Source: a virus
Reading direction: 5' to 3' (one strand)
Length of the DNA stretch: 64,000 nucleotides
IMG/VR virus record: IMGVR_UViG_3300048838_001809
In this document: positions 56,207 through 64,000 of the stretch, piece after piece
How the letters are laid out: the number at the start of each line of letters is the position of its first letter
How positions within the stretch are numbered: the stretch's first letter is position 1
Made by a program: the position numbers and the translations under genes
Notes under the pieces: model-generated
Database searches by the model: none
Told to the model about the DNA's origin: nothing
Seen by the model: only the letters and a program-made list of their open reading frames with translations

Positions 56207-56774
56207 CGAAGCAGACATTCGTGAAGTTTCAGGATTTGCAGGGTACTTCGCTAGAGGCGATGGGACACTATGGACACGTTGGACTAAAGGGCCAATGCGA
56301 CGGAAGCGAGATAACTTAAGGCAAATCGTTGGTCACAGAAACAAAGTTAGTGGATACATCGAAACTGATATCTTGAATGACAAAGGCGAGCGATGTCACG
56401 TACTGGTCAATTGGATTATCGCAACAGCGTTCCATGGACCGAGGCCACAAGGGTTGCAGTGTCGGCATATTGATGGAAATAGAGCCAACAACATGCCGGA
56501 CAACCTTGCTTGGGGAACGCAATCAGACAACGAGCAAGACAAAAAAGACCACGGACGTTTTAATCGTGTGGTTTTGCGTGGAAGTGAGAACGGTAGTGCA
56601 AGGCTAAATGAATGCCGAGTATTGGAAATAGTTAGACGTTGCAATGATGGGGAGAGCCGCTCGTCCATTGCTGCTGAACTTCATGTGTCGCGTGGCTCCG
56701 TTGATTCGATTATGTCGGGAAGAAATTGGTCGTGGCTTACAAAAATCAGTCGCAAAAGGGTGGCTGCGGCATGA
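56199..56774 (+). CDS. HNH homing endonuclease inserted in the glycan island.
   Basis: 'VSGFAGYFARGDGTLWTRW' is NUMOD4-like, and 'RHIDGNRANNMPDNLAWGTQSDN' is HNH_3. Same architecture as the HNH at 4508-5083. AT-rich island. Confidence 0.7.
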   Translation: MFSEADIREVSGFAGYFARGDGTLWTRWTKGPMRRKRDNLRQIVGHRNKVSGYIETDILNDKGERCHVLVNWIIATAFHGPRPQGLQCRHIDGNRANNMPDNLAWGTQSDNEQDKKDHGRFNRVVLRGSENGSARLNECRVLEIVRRCNDGESRSSIAAELHVSRGSVDSIMSGRNWSWLTKISRKRVAAA

Positions 56775-57295
56775 AGCGACTGGAAATTGGACCAGGCCCC
56801 AACAAGCTCGGCCCGGACTGGATCACGCTCGATTGCGTACCTGGGCCGCATATCGTTTTCGTGGCCAACTGGGGCGAGGATCGCCTGCCGTTCAATGACG
56901 AGACGTTCGATCTGGTGTACGGCAGCCACGTCCTCGAACACGTTCCCTGGTTCCGCACGATCGATGCACTGCGCGAAGTACATCGCATCTTGAAACCCTG
57001 CGCTCCGCTGGAAATCTGGGTGCCCAACTTCGCCGTGATCGTCAGCGCCTATCTCGACGGCGAGCCTGCCGACAACTGGCGAAAGCACAATGACGATGGC
57101 GACGTGATGACATGGGTGAACGGACGACTCTTCACCTACGGCCCCGATCCGAACTGGCACCGCGCCTGCTTTGACGAGAGGCACTTGCGGCGATGCTTCG
57201 AGGCCGCCGGCTTTCGTGAAGTGCATCGCCTGACTGGCCGCGAGCGCGGTCACGCGCATGGTCCAATTAGCCTGGGAATGCGGGGTGTCAAGTGA
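56771..57295 (+). CDS. Class I SAM-dependent methyltransferase.
   Basis: 'FDLVYGSHVLEHV' (Methyltransf_11-like). ATGA overlap. Confidence 0.6.
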   Translation: MKRLEIGPGPNKLGPDWITLDCVPGPHIVFVANWGEDRLPFNDETFDLVYGSHVLEHVPWFRTIDALREVHRILKPCAPLEIWVPNFAVIVSAYLDGEPADNWRKHNDDGDVMTWVNGRLFTYGPDPNWHRACFDERHLRRCFEAAGFREVHRLTGRERGHAHGPISLGMRGVK

Positions 57296-58140
57296 GTGTC
57301 ACTTACGTTACCTATCAGCAGCTCTACAGCGACATCCTGGCCTTCGCGCCCAAGCTGCCGCGCGGCATCGACATTATCGCTGGCGTACCGCGCAGCGGCA
57401 TGATCCCGGCCGCGATGCTGGCGACGCATTTGCATTTGCCACTGACTGACATTTATTCGCTATGCGACGGGCACTTTCCAAAATCAGGAAATCGCCTATC
57501 CCCACTGCCAGTCAAGTCGCAATATCGCGTCCTGGTTGTCGATGACTCGATCTATCGCGGGTCGTCGCTCAGGGCGGTGAAGACTTGCATTAATAGCTCC
57601 ATCAATGGTTTGAGCTTTACTTTCGCGGCGGTTTACCGCGACCCTGGAATCGACGTGGCGTTGGATGTCGATCTGTACCACAAGAACATCTCGCCGCAGC
57701 GGTACTTCGAGTGGAATCTGATGCAGCATTCAGAACTATTCGATGCCATGCTCGACATCGACGGCGTGCTGTGCGTGGACTCGCCCGTCTTTGACAACGA
57801 TGGGCCGGAATATGTCGCCGCCATTGAAAACGCCGTGCCTTTGCATTTGCCACGAGTGCCAGTCGGCGCCCTGATTAGTTGCCGACTGGAGCGCTGGCGA
57901 GAGCAAACCGAATCCTGGCTTAAGCGCCATGGCGTCAAGTATGGCCGACTGATCCTGAGCAGCTACCCCACGGCGGCCGATCGCCGTCGGCAATGCAATT
58001 ACGGCCGCTACAAAGGCGAGCAGTATCGCGATTGTGGCGCGACCCTGTTCATCGAAAGCTCCTCTGACCAGGCCCCGGAAATCGCCCGCGTTTCCGGCAA
58101 GCCGGTCATCTGCCTGGGGGACAAAGGGGTTCACCAATGA
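57292..58140 (+). CDS. Fusion of a phosphoribosyltransferase-like N-domain and a HAD-like hydrolase C-domain.
   Basis: 'VLVVDDSIYRGSSL' is a type I PRTase PRPP motif. 'MLDIDGVLCVDSP' is HAD motif I. GTGA overlap. Confidence 0.5.
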   Translation: MSVTYVTYQQLYSDILAFAPKLPRGIDIIAGVPRSGMIPAAMLATHLHLPLTDIYSLCDGHFPKSGNRLSPLPVKSQYRVLVVDDSIYRGSSLRAVKTCINSSINGLSFTFAAVYRDPGIDVALDVDLYHKNISPQRYFEWNLMQHSELFDAMLDIDGVLCVDSPVFDNDGPEYVAAIENAVPLHLPRVPVGALISCRLERWREQTESWLKRHGVKYGRLILSSYPTAADRRRQCNYGRYKGEQYRDCGATLFIESSSDQAPEIARVSGKPVICLGDKGVHQ

Positions 58141-58988
58141 AAGTCGCCCTCGTCACGCTCTGCCTGAATGAAGCGGAGTTCATCGAAAAGAACTACGCAC
58201 AGCATGCCAATTGGCCTGGACTGGCCGCATGGATTTTCGTTGAGGCCGCCGACCACGCCTACGCCGCGGCGTCGCCGAGCATGGTGTCGCATCATGGCCT
58301 GTCGATTGACGCAACTACAGAAATCTTAGATAGACTGTCTACTTGCGACGAAAGAGTCACCGTCATTCATCACGGATGGATGCGACACACAGACCCAGCA
58401 CAAGGAAAGTGCGAGGGACGCAATAGATACATGGAGATTGCCGATGAAGTACGGCCCGATATGTTCATAGTAATCGATCAAGATGAGTTTTACAGCCGCG
58501 AAGATCAACTGCGCATCAACGAGCTTGTCGATCTGGACCGCGAGCATCGTTGTTTTCGTCTGCATCAGCGGCACATCTGGCGCCCGCCGAGCATTGCCCA
58601 CGAACCACTGTTTCGACATGAAGTGGTCGGCGGCTACTGGAGCGTCGAGCACGTCCGCGTGTTTCGCTGGTGTCCTGGTTTACGCTACACGAAAAATCAC
58701 AACTGGCCAGAGCTGCCGGGCTACGCGCCCACCAAGCGCATGTTTAAGTCGCCATTCTCCGGCCCTCAGTGCGTGCACTTAGGGTTTGCCCGTTCGCCCC
58801 GCGAGCGCATGGCGACTAACCGCTATTACGAGCATCGCGGCGAGGGGAAAGAGCAGCATGGCATCAACCGGCAGATGTACGTGAATTGCAGGTCAAGCTG
58901 GGAGTCGTGGAGCCCTGGCGACGACTTGCCGCACGGCGCCCGCGTGATCGAGTACCGGGGAGAGTCGATCCCGGAAGTCCACCAGTGA
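58137..58988 (+). CDS. Glycosyltransferase-like (GT-A) protein.
   Basis: 'FIVIDQDEF' DxD-like motif. ATGA overlap. Confidence 0.45.
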   Translation: MKVALVTLCLNEAEFIEKNYAQHANWPGLAAWIFVEAADHAYAAASPSMVSHHGLSIDATTEILDRLSTCDERVTVIHHGWMRHTDPAQGKCEGRNRYMEIADEVRPDMFIVIDQDEFYSREDQLRINELVDLDREHRCFRLHQRHIWRPPSIAHEPLFRHEVVGGYWSVEHVRVFRWCPGLRYTKNHNWPELPGYAPTKRMFKSPFSGPQCVHLGFARSPRERMATNRYYEHRGEGKEQHGINRQMYVNCRSSWESWSPGDDLPHGARVIEYRGESIPEVHQ

Positions 58989-59011
58989 ACGTCCAGTATA
59001 AAAGTATCTAA

Positions 59012-59821
59012 ATGAATGGAGTCATTTATTTTAATGATGGCAACACGCATCTGGTGCGGATGCTGGTTTCCATCTATTCACTCCGCAAGTTCTGGTCCGG
59101 GCCGATCGCCGTGCTGGATTCGACTTCGCGGCACAATCGCAGCACCGCCAAGACAGTAGACGCGATCTGTAGCGCGCTCGACTGCGAGAAGATTCGCATT
59201 GTCTCGGCCGGCAAACCTTATGTCACCAAGGCGATGCTCTGGCGCAGTACGCCGTTCTCTAAAACTCTATTCCTGGACTCCGACACGATCGTCGCCGACA
59301 ACCTGTCGCCGATCTTTGGGTTTGGCTCGCTGGTTGTGACACGGTTCTCAAATTGGTCGACCGAAACGCCCTTAATCGTCAAGCGACTCCGGCAATGGTC
59401 TGCGGTTGAGTGCAATGGCATGGAAGTCAAGCAATTGCTTCACAGGTCGCTCGGTGATCCGCATGTCGCCATCAATACCGGCGTCGTGGCCTGGTACCAC
59501 GGGCACCCCATCCTGCCTGAATGGGAGCGGCTGACCGCTGCCGGCGACGCGGCAGGCTGCATCCTGGCCGACGAGCTGGCCATGCAGCTTTTGGTCCGTA
59601 AGCACCATCACGTTATCGCGGCCGATCGCTGGAACCTGTCGTGTCGGTATGGGGTTGAGACGCATTGCCCGAAGGTGATTCATTTGCACGGCGGCAAGCA
59701 CATTGGCCGCTGGGCGCATCCACTGTGGAAAAAGGAATACGACGAATGCGTCCGCCGCAATATCGCTCGCGTGAAGCGATGGCAGCCGGCGGGCGATACA
59801 GCGCTAGCGAGGCTGCTGTGA
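59012..59821 (+). CDS. GT8-like nucleotide-diphospho-sugar transferase.
   Basis: 'TLFLDSDTIV' DxD motif. 'HLHGGKH' is GT8-like. Confidence 0.5.
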   Translation: MNGVIYFNDGNTHLVRMLVSIYSLRKFWSGPIAVLDSTSRHNRSTAKTVDAICSALDCEKIRIVSAGKPYVTKAMLWRSTPFSKTLFLDSDTIVADNLSPIFGFGSLVVTRFSNWSTETPLIVKRLRQWSAVECNGMEVKQLLHRSLGDPHVAINTGVVAWYHGHPILPEWERLTAAGDAAGCILADELAMQLLVRKHHHVIAADRWNLSCRYGVETHCPKVIHLHGGKHIGRWAHPLWKKEYDECVRRNIARVKRWQPAGDTALARLL

Positions 59822-60528
59822 AACTGGAAATCATCGTCCACTGCTGGCACTACAGCCGGCTGCTCACGTACCAATTGTCGAGCCTCATCCAACACGCGCC
59901 GCCATTCGTCGAAACGACCGTGACGATCTGCTATTGCCCGACCGAGGATGCGGCAACTCAACGGACGGTCAATTGGTTTTATCTGGCGGCCGAAGCGATT
60001 CCGCATCTGGCGGTCAATCCATTACCCATGCACCGGCGGCATCTTCTGCGGCGGGCAATCGGACGCAACATAGCCTGCAAGAGCACGTTCGCCGATTGGG
60101 TCTGGCTGACCGATTGCGACTACGTGTTCCACAATGGCTGCTTGGCGGCACTGCCTCAATTGCTGGTCGTCGATGGCCCGCTGGTTTATCCGCGACTTGT
60201 CCACAAGCATAAGTCGCACGCCATCGGCGATCGCTACATCGAGGCCGCGGTCGAACCAGCGATCCACGAAATCAACCCCGATGACTTCGAGCTCGTCAGT
60301 CATAGCCGTGCGATCGGCGGTCTACAGATCGTGCGCGGCAGCGTAGCTCGCACCAAAGGCTACTTGCCGCACTCGGTCTATCAGGAGCCAGCCGAGTCGT
60401 GGCAGCGCACCATCGAAGACCCTGCTTTTCGCAAGTATCTCGGCACGGATGGCGAGCCGATCGAGCTGCCGGCGCTGTACCGTATTCGCCACACTTTGAA
60501 AGGGAGAGAAGCACCATGCGAGCTATAA
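59818..60528 (+). CDS. GT2-like glycosyltransferase.
   Basis: GTGA overlap. 'WLTDCDYVF' DxD motif. Confidence 0.45.
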   Translation: MKLEIIVHCWHYSRLLTYQLSSLIQHAPPFVETTVTICYCPTEDAATQRTVNWFYLAAEAIPHLAVNPLPMHRRHLLRRAIGRNIACKSTFADWVWLTDCDYVFHNGCLAALPQLLVVDGPLVYPRLVHKHKSHAIGDRYIEAAVEPAIHEINPDDFELVSHSRAIGGLQIVRGSVARTKGYLPHSVYQEPAESWQRTIEDPAFRKYLGTDGEPIELPALYRIRHTLKGREAPCEL

Positions 60529-61277
60529 CTTGGGCAGTGGGCGTCACGACGGCGCCGCGCGAGCCGTCGTACCTGTGGGAAACGATCAGTAATATCAAGG
60601 CTGCCGGCTGGCCCGAGCTGACAATCTGCGCCGAGGCGGGGCATTTTTCTGACGAATTGCTGGAAACAGCCGTCGCGGACGAGGAGGGACTATCCGGCGA
60701 CACCGTACTCGACCCGCCCGACACGCTCGACAGCCTGCCGACGACATGCCGCGGCTACCCGCTGCACTTCAACGACGGCCCTGCCGGCCCCTGGCCGAAT
60801 CTGCTATCGACGATCGGCTACTTGATCGACATGTCGCCACGCGCCACGCACCTACTGGTGGCGCAGGACGATATTGCGATTGCCGCCAATTTGCGATCGT
60901 GGCTGGAGCGGCAAAGGCCGGTCTTGGAGGCTAAGGAAGTCGTGAACCTATTCACTTGCCGCCAAATGGCCGAGCGTCGCGGCTGGCATTTGCATCGCGG
61001 CATCAAGCAGATGAAGCTCGGCGCTCAATGCTATGTTATTCCGCGCGAGATCGGTGAACACCTGTTGCAGGCCCCGCCGGATTCCGGTGCGAGCGTCGTT
61101 ACGGCTGATTTCTGGTTCGCGAAGTTTCTGTCGGAGAATCAGTATGCCATGTGGTATCACTCGCCGAGCTTCGTGCAGCATGTCGGCGAGAAGCACTCCA
61201 GCCTGGCTAATCCTGGCGGCGTCATGGATTGTCGGCTGGCAATGGAATGGGTCAAAGACATGGAGGGCTTTCGATGA
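60516..61277 (+). CDS. Glycosyltransferase-like protein.
   Basis: AGGGAGAG RBS. 'LLVAQDDIAIA' acidic motif. Confidence 0.4.
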   Translation: MRAITWAVGVTTAPREPSYLWETISNIKAAGWPELTICAEAGHFSDELLETAVADEEGLSGDTVLDPPDTLDSLPTTCRGYPLHFNDGPAGPWPNLLSTIGYLIDMSPRATHLLVAQDDIAIAANLRSWLERQRPVLEAKEVVNLFTCRQMAERRGWHLHRGIKQMKLGAQCYVIPREIGEHLLQAPPDSGASVVTADFWFAKFLSENQYAMWYHSPSFVQHVGEKHSSLANPGGVMDCRLAMEWVKDMEGFR

Positions 61278-61519
61278 TGCTCTGGTTGCCAAGGCGGTTT
61301 CGTCAGCGCGAGCCAATGGGTTGCTATGTCGTCCGCGCCATGGTGTTTGGCAAGTGGCGAGAAATGCGACTGCTTGGCATGCGTGGCGCGATCGTGCATG
61401 GCGAATCGGTCGACAACGGCAGCAAGGTCATCTACGCACTCGCTGAGAATTTGATTCACCCCGAATGCCTTGGCCGATACCGCGAGTTCGTCGAGAAGTG
61501 GATGCGGGGGGCTCGCTAG
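61274..61519 (+). CDS. Hypothetical small protein. Last gene of the + operon.
   Basis: ATGA overlap. Confidence 0.35.
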   Translation: MMLWLPRRFRQREPMGCYVVRAMVFGKWREMRLLGMRGAIVHGESVDNGSKVIYALAENLIHPECLGRYREFVEKWMRGAR

Positions 61520-61959
61520 CGTTTCTCAAACAGCAGGCAGTCGAGTTGGTGATCGAGAATACTGCCGCCTTGCGTGGTGATCCTGGCGATGAAGGCGATC
61601 TTGTTGCCTTTATCGAGCGGCAGAACGCGGTCCTTGAGTTTTTCCGGCACGAATAATTTCAGGTCCGAATGCGTCACTGGAGCCTCAGAGGGTCTCATGG
61701 TGACGCTAATCAGATAACCATCGCCCAACGGCTGCTCTTGAACCATGTTGACCGTGCCAAACCAGCCGATCACCTTGCCCTCGTACTTGCTTTTGAAAAC
61801 GCTCTGCGATCGAACCTTGTTTGATTCCTGCGCCTTAACGCCGCAGTCGCGGACAAATTCGCTCCATTTTAGGTCAGCGACCTCCACGGCCGCAGCCGCA
61901 TGGAAGCTGAAAGCGATGGCAATGGTCAGGGCGACAGTCAGAAAGAGGGCGCGTGTCAT
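61516..61959 (-). CDS. Secreted hypothetical protein.
   Basis: Signal peptide 'LFLTVALTIAIAFSFHAAAA'. Lower-GC gene, convergent with the glycan operon. Confidence 0.55.
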   Translation of the reverse strand: MTRALFLTVALTIAIAFSFHAAAAVEVADLKWSEFVRDCGVKAQESNKVRSQSVFKSKYEGKVIGWFGTVNMVQEQPLGDGYLISVTMRPSEAPVTHSDLKLFVPEKLKDRVLPLDKGNKIAFIARITTQGGSILDHQLDCLLFEKR

Positions 61960-62042
61960 GGCGGGACTCCGGCAATACTGAATTTAATCCATCTGCATTC
62001 AATTCTTGACACTGGCGCAAGCGAGAGCAAGCGCAATTTCGC

Positions 62043-62873
62043 CTACAGCGGCGGCGGACAGGGCGGCTTGTGGCAGAGCTGCTTGGGATCGACGTAGTGT
62101 TTGTACGCCAATCCGGCGGTTTTGTGGCCCAGAAACTGCATCGCCGAGCCGGGGTGCTCCGCTTCGCAGTGCGTAGCGCCAGATCGCCGCATCCACTTCG
62201 GCGAGCCCGGCACGCCGGCAATGCGCTTGAGCCACTTCCACCAGTCGTCGAGCGTCTTTTTAGGGACAGGGAAAATCTGCGAACGATCGCGAAAGTTGAT
62301 CGCGGCCAGGGCCGCCATGGCGTCAGATGGCAACGGCCGAACAACCGGCCAGCCAGTCTTCTTCTGGGTCTTCACGAGCTGGCTGTCGTCATCGATCATG
62401 TCGCTCGTCAGGCCAAGCAGATCACCCGGCCGCAATCCGCTGTAGTAGCCCACGAGCAACCACGCAGTCAGATAGCTCGATCGCTTAATGCCGCAAGCAA
62501 AGCTGCCCGGCGCCGCTTCGGCAGCCTTCAAGAGCGACTTGATCTGAGACTTCTGCCAGGCGACCGGCATGACGATCGGCACTTTGACGGGCCTGATCTT
62601 GCTCGGCTCAGTGTCGAGCATCCCTTCCTCGGTGGCAGCTCTCCAGAGGCTAAGGATTGCCCCCCGCTGACCCTTGACGGTCTTTCGCGCAATGCCCGCC
62701 TCAATGCGGGCAATAATCCAGTTGTTGACATTTTTATCCGATAAGTCATGTAGCGTCGCAGCGCGCTTCAGCCATCGGTCGAACGACAAGACGGCGTACC
62801 GCAACTGTTCGACGGTTCCCGCCTCGATATCACGTTGGCTGGCGTACAACGCCACAAAGTCGCCCAGTGTCAT
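62043..62873 (-). CDS. int: Tyrosine recombinase / phage integrase.
   Basis: 'GLRPGDLLGL', 'MRRSGATHCEAEH...FLGHKTAGLAYKHYV' (R..H..R / H / Y catalytic pattern), and a SAM-like N-domain. Confidence 0.85.
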   Translation of the reverse strand: MTLGDFVALYASQRDIEAGTVEQLRYAVLSFDRWLKRAATLHDLSDKNVNNWIIARIEAGIARKTVKGQRGAILSLWRAATEEGMLDTEPSKIRPVKVPIVMPVAWQKSQIKSLLKAAEAAPGSFACGIKRSSYLTAWLLVGYYSGLRPGDLLGLTSDMIDDDSQLVKTQKKTGWPVVRPLPSDAMAALAAINFRDRSQIFPVPKKTLDDWWKWLKRIAGVPGSPKWMRRSGATHCEAEHPGSAMQFLGHKTAGLAYKHYVDPKQLCHKPPCPPPL

Positions 62874-63085
62874 AACTGGTCCCTCTCACGAAAGCCTGCG
62901 GGGACCATCCGTGGGGCATCATGCGACTTGTTCCTTCACCATCCTTTGGCAGTCCACTTCCATAGTGGGCGGCCGTCCATCGCGACCGACTAACCCTATT
63001 CAGTAACACTCGACGAACAGCAGCGGCGAAAACTCAGGGAAAACCCTGAGCCGAACAAGCATCTTCTAGGGGGCAGCTTTGAGCA

Positions 63086-63574
63086 ATGTTGAGCATGAGG
63101 GGCATAACACTGCTGGATCGCACGGGAAAGATTCTATTGGTAAGCAATCGCTCACTGCACCAGCGGGTTGCCGGAACCTCCGTCTGGTCCTGGATCGACG
63201 CTCGCGATCTGGCGGATTTCAAACTCGCGATTGCCAATTTCCAGTTCGAGCAGCGTGCGGTCGCGTATTGTGTGCGCACGCTGAAGCTAGACGGCTTCCT
63301 GTTCAGCGGAGTGGTCGAGCACGTCGGCGACCTGTTTGTGGCGCACTGGCAGAGGCGACTGGCATCAGCTCCAGAGCTGACACCGCGAGAGCGGCAAGTC
63401 CTAGTGGCCCTGTGCCGCGACGAAACGATCAAACAAACGGCACGGCGGCTGCGTATCAGCGTGAAAACCGTCGAGTCCTTCCGCCTGATTCTGCGGAAGA
63501 AGATCGGCGCACGCAGCAGCGCCGGCCTGATTGTTTGGGCAGTTGCGAACGGCATAGTCGATGCGGATGAATGA
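63086..63574 (+). CDS. LuxR/GerE-family HTH transcriptional regulator.
   Basis: 'LTPRERQVLVALCRDETIKQTARRLRISVKTVESFRLILRKKIG'. Confidence 0.7.
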   Translation: MLSMRGITLLDRTGKILLVSNRSLHQRVAGTSVWSWIDARDLADFKLAIANFQFEQRAVAYCVRTLKLDGFLFSGVVEHVGDLFVAHWQRRLASAPELTPRERQVLVALCRDETIKQTARRLRISVKTVESFRLILRKKIGARSSAGLIVWAVANGIVDADE

Positions 63575-63602
63575 CCAGTTGAAGTGTACGGCCATCCATG
63601 AC

Positions 63603-63632
63603 GTACTAGGTTCGAGTCCTAGTCGGGGAGCC
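63603..63632 (+). other. Partial tRNA 3' end (T-arm and 3' acceptor strand). Candidate att core.
   Basis: ctagg-TTCGAGT-cctag T-arm, then tcgggga, then g, then cc. No matching 5' acceptor strand or anticodon arm lies upstream. Adjacent to the integrase. Confidence 0.4.
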
Positions 63633-64000
63633 TTTCCACACGCTCACAGTTCCAGCCGGTTAACGGCTGGAACGTGAGCGTTTTTTCTTGCGCCCCATTG
63701 AGTTGCGTCAAATGGGGTTTCCAGCCTGGAAGCTCCTCCTCGAACAGCATGATGTTCATGTGGCCGCTGCTCGGGTCCTCCTCTTCCTGATGGATGTCAA
63801 TCGCCGCGATATAGCAGGCGAGCAGGTCTTTCAGGCCGTGAAGGTTGCCCTCCTGCCGCAAGCGGCTGACGATGAACGGGAAATCGCAATAGGTCTCGGC
63901 GATCACGTCCGACGACAGCGTCTCCTGCTCTTTGCTGCTCCGTTCCAGTTCCAGGCGGTTGATGCGTTCTTCGAGCGCAGTCCGGTCCTGTTCGAGAGCC
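63619..64000 (-). CDS. Hypothetical protein, 5'-partial. It continues beyond the window edge on the minus strand.
   Basis: The minus-strand ORF is open to position 64000. Likely flanking host or boundary gene. Confidence 0.35.
   Translation of the reverse strand, partial: ALEQDRTALEERINRLELERSSKEQETLSSDVIAETYCDFPFIVSRLRQEGNLHGLKDLLACYIAAIDIHQEEEDPSSGHMNIMLFEEELPGWKPHLTQLNGAQEKTLTFQPLTGWNCERVERLPD
63639..63688 (+). terminator. Rho-independent terminator.
   Basis: cacgctcacagttccagccg / cggctggaacgtgagcg long stem, followed by tttttt. Confidence 0.5.

Larger units (their letters stand above)
1..63632. mobile_element. Tailed-phage genome / prophage. Right boundary is a candidate att core next to the integrase; the left end lies beyond the window.
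   Basis: Contiguous terminase, portal, protease, capsid, tail and tape-measure genes. Three HNH homing endonucleases. Tyrosine integrase at 62043-62873 and a partial tRNA 3' end at about 63603-63632. Confidence 0.7.

Noticed and set aside
47068-61519. The glycosyltransferase cluster read as host LPS genes flanking the prophage.
   Set aside because: An HNH homing endonuclease is embedded in it. Translational coupling is uninterrupted from the tail genes. The integrase and att core lie downstream of it. It was therefore kept as phage cargo, although a chimeric boundary cannot be excluded without the neighbouring sequence.
1-64000. Search for a CRISPR array or other regular tandem repeats.
   Set aside because: No spaced direct repeats of 25-40 nt were seen. 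The only repeats are the coding KKAAP-type repeats (3500-3620, 23790-23850), the 11566/12097 duplicate and short inverted repeats.

Overview
The window is almost entirely one tailed-phage genome, most likely an integrated prophage, in a high-GC background. Nearly all genes are on the + strand, and many are translationally coupled through ATGA/GTGA start-stop overlaps. From left to right:
(1) A replication and nucleotide-metabolism module: a 5'-partial DEAD/SNF2-like helicase, a DUF488-like protein, a histone H1-like Lys/Ala-repeat protein, a PAPS-reductase-like PP-loop protein, a ParB-like nuclease-domain protein, a SET-domain methyltransferase, a dNTP-pyrophosphohydrolase-like protein, an atypical ThyX-like protein, a MazG-like protein, an AAA+ ATPase and an XRE HTH regulator. 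Two HNH homing endonucleases are inserted here on AT-rich islands.
(2) A packaging and head module: a putative small terminase, an SPFH/band-7 protein, the large terminase, a lower-GC block of small genes, portal, a Mu-F-like head morphogenesis protein, prohead protease and major capsid protein. Rho-independent terminators follow several of these.
(3) A block of envelope and membrane genes: a C92 amidase-like protein, a CAP-domain lipoprotein, a possible C39-like lipoprotein and small membrane proteins.
(4) A tail module: fiber, head-tail connector, major tail protein, a chaperone pair, an 806-aa tape measure protein, distal tail proteins and a 305-aa Cys-rich protein.
(5) An operonic glycan-biosynthesis island of about 14.4 kb and 18 genes. 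It carries a split ADP-heptose pathway (PfkB kinase and HldE-type adenylyltransferase), a Zn-ribbon/GT9/FkbM fusion, GT2-, GT4- and GT8-like transferases, several SAM methyltransferases, a deacetylase-methyltransferase fusion, a DUF115/Maf-like protein, a P-loop sulfotransferase-like protein and a PRTase-HAD fusion. A third HNH endonuclease interrupts it.
(6) A minus-strand tyrosine integrase, a LuxR-type regulator and a partial tRNA 3' end (candidate att core) near the right edge.
The most unusual features are the phage-borne glycan island, the pairing of an H1-like protein with a SET-domain methyltransferase, and the non-canonical ThyX-like enzyme. Every function below is inferred from motifs read by eye; no database search was run.
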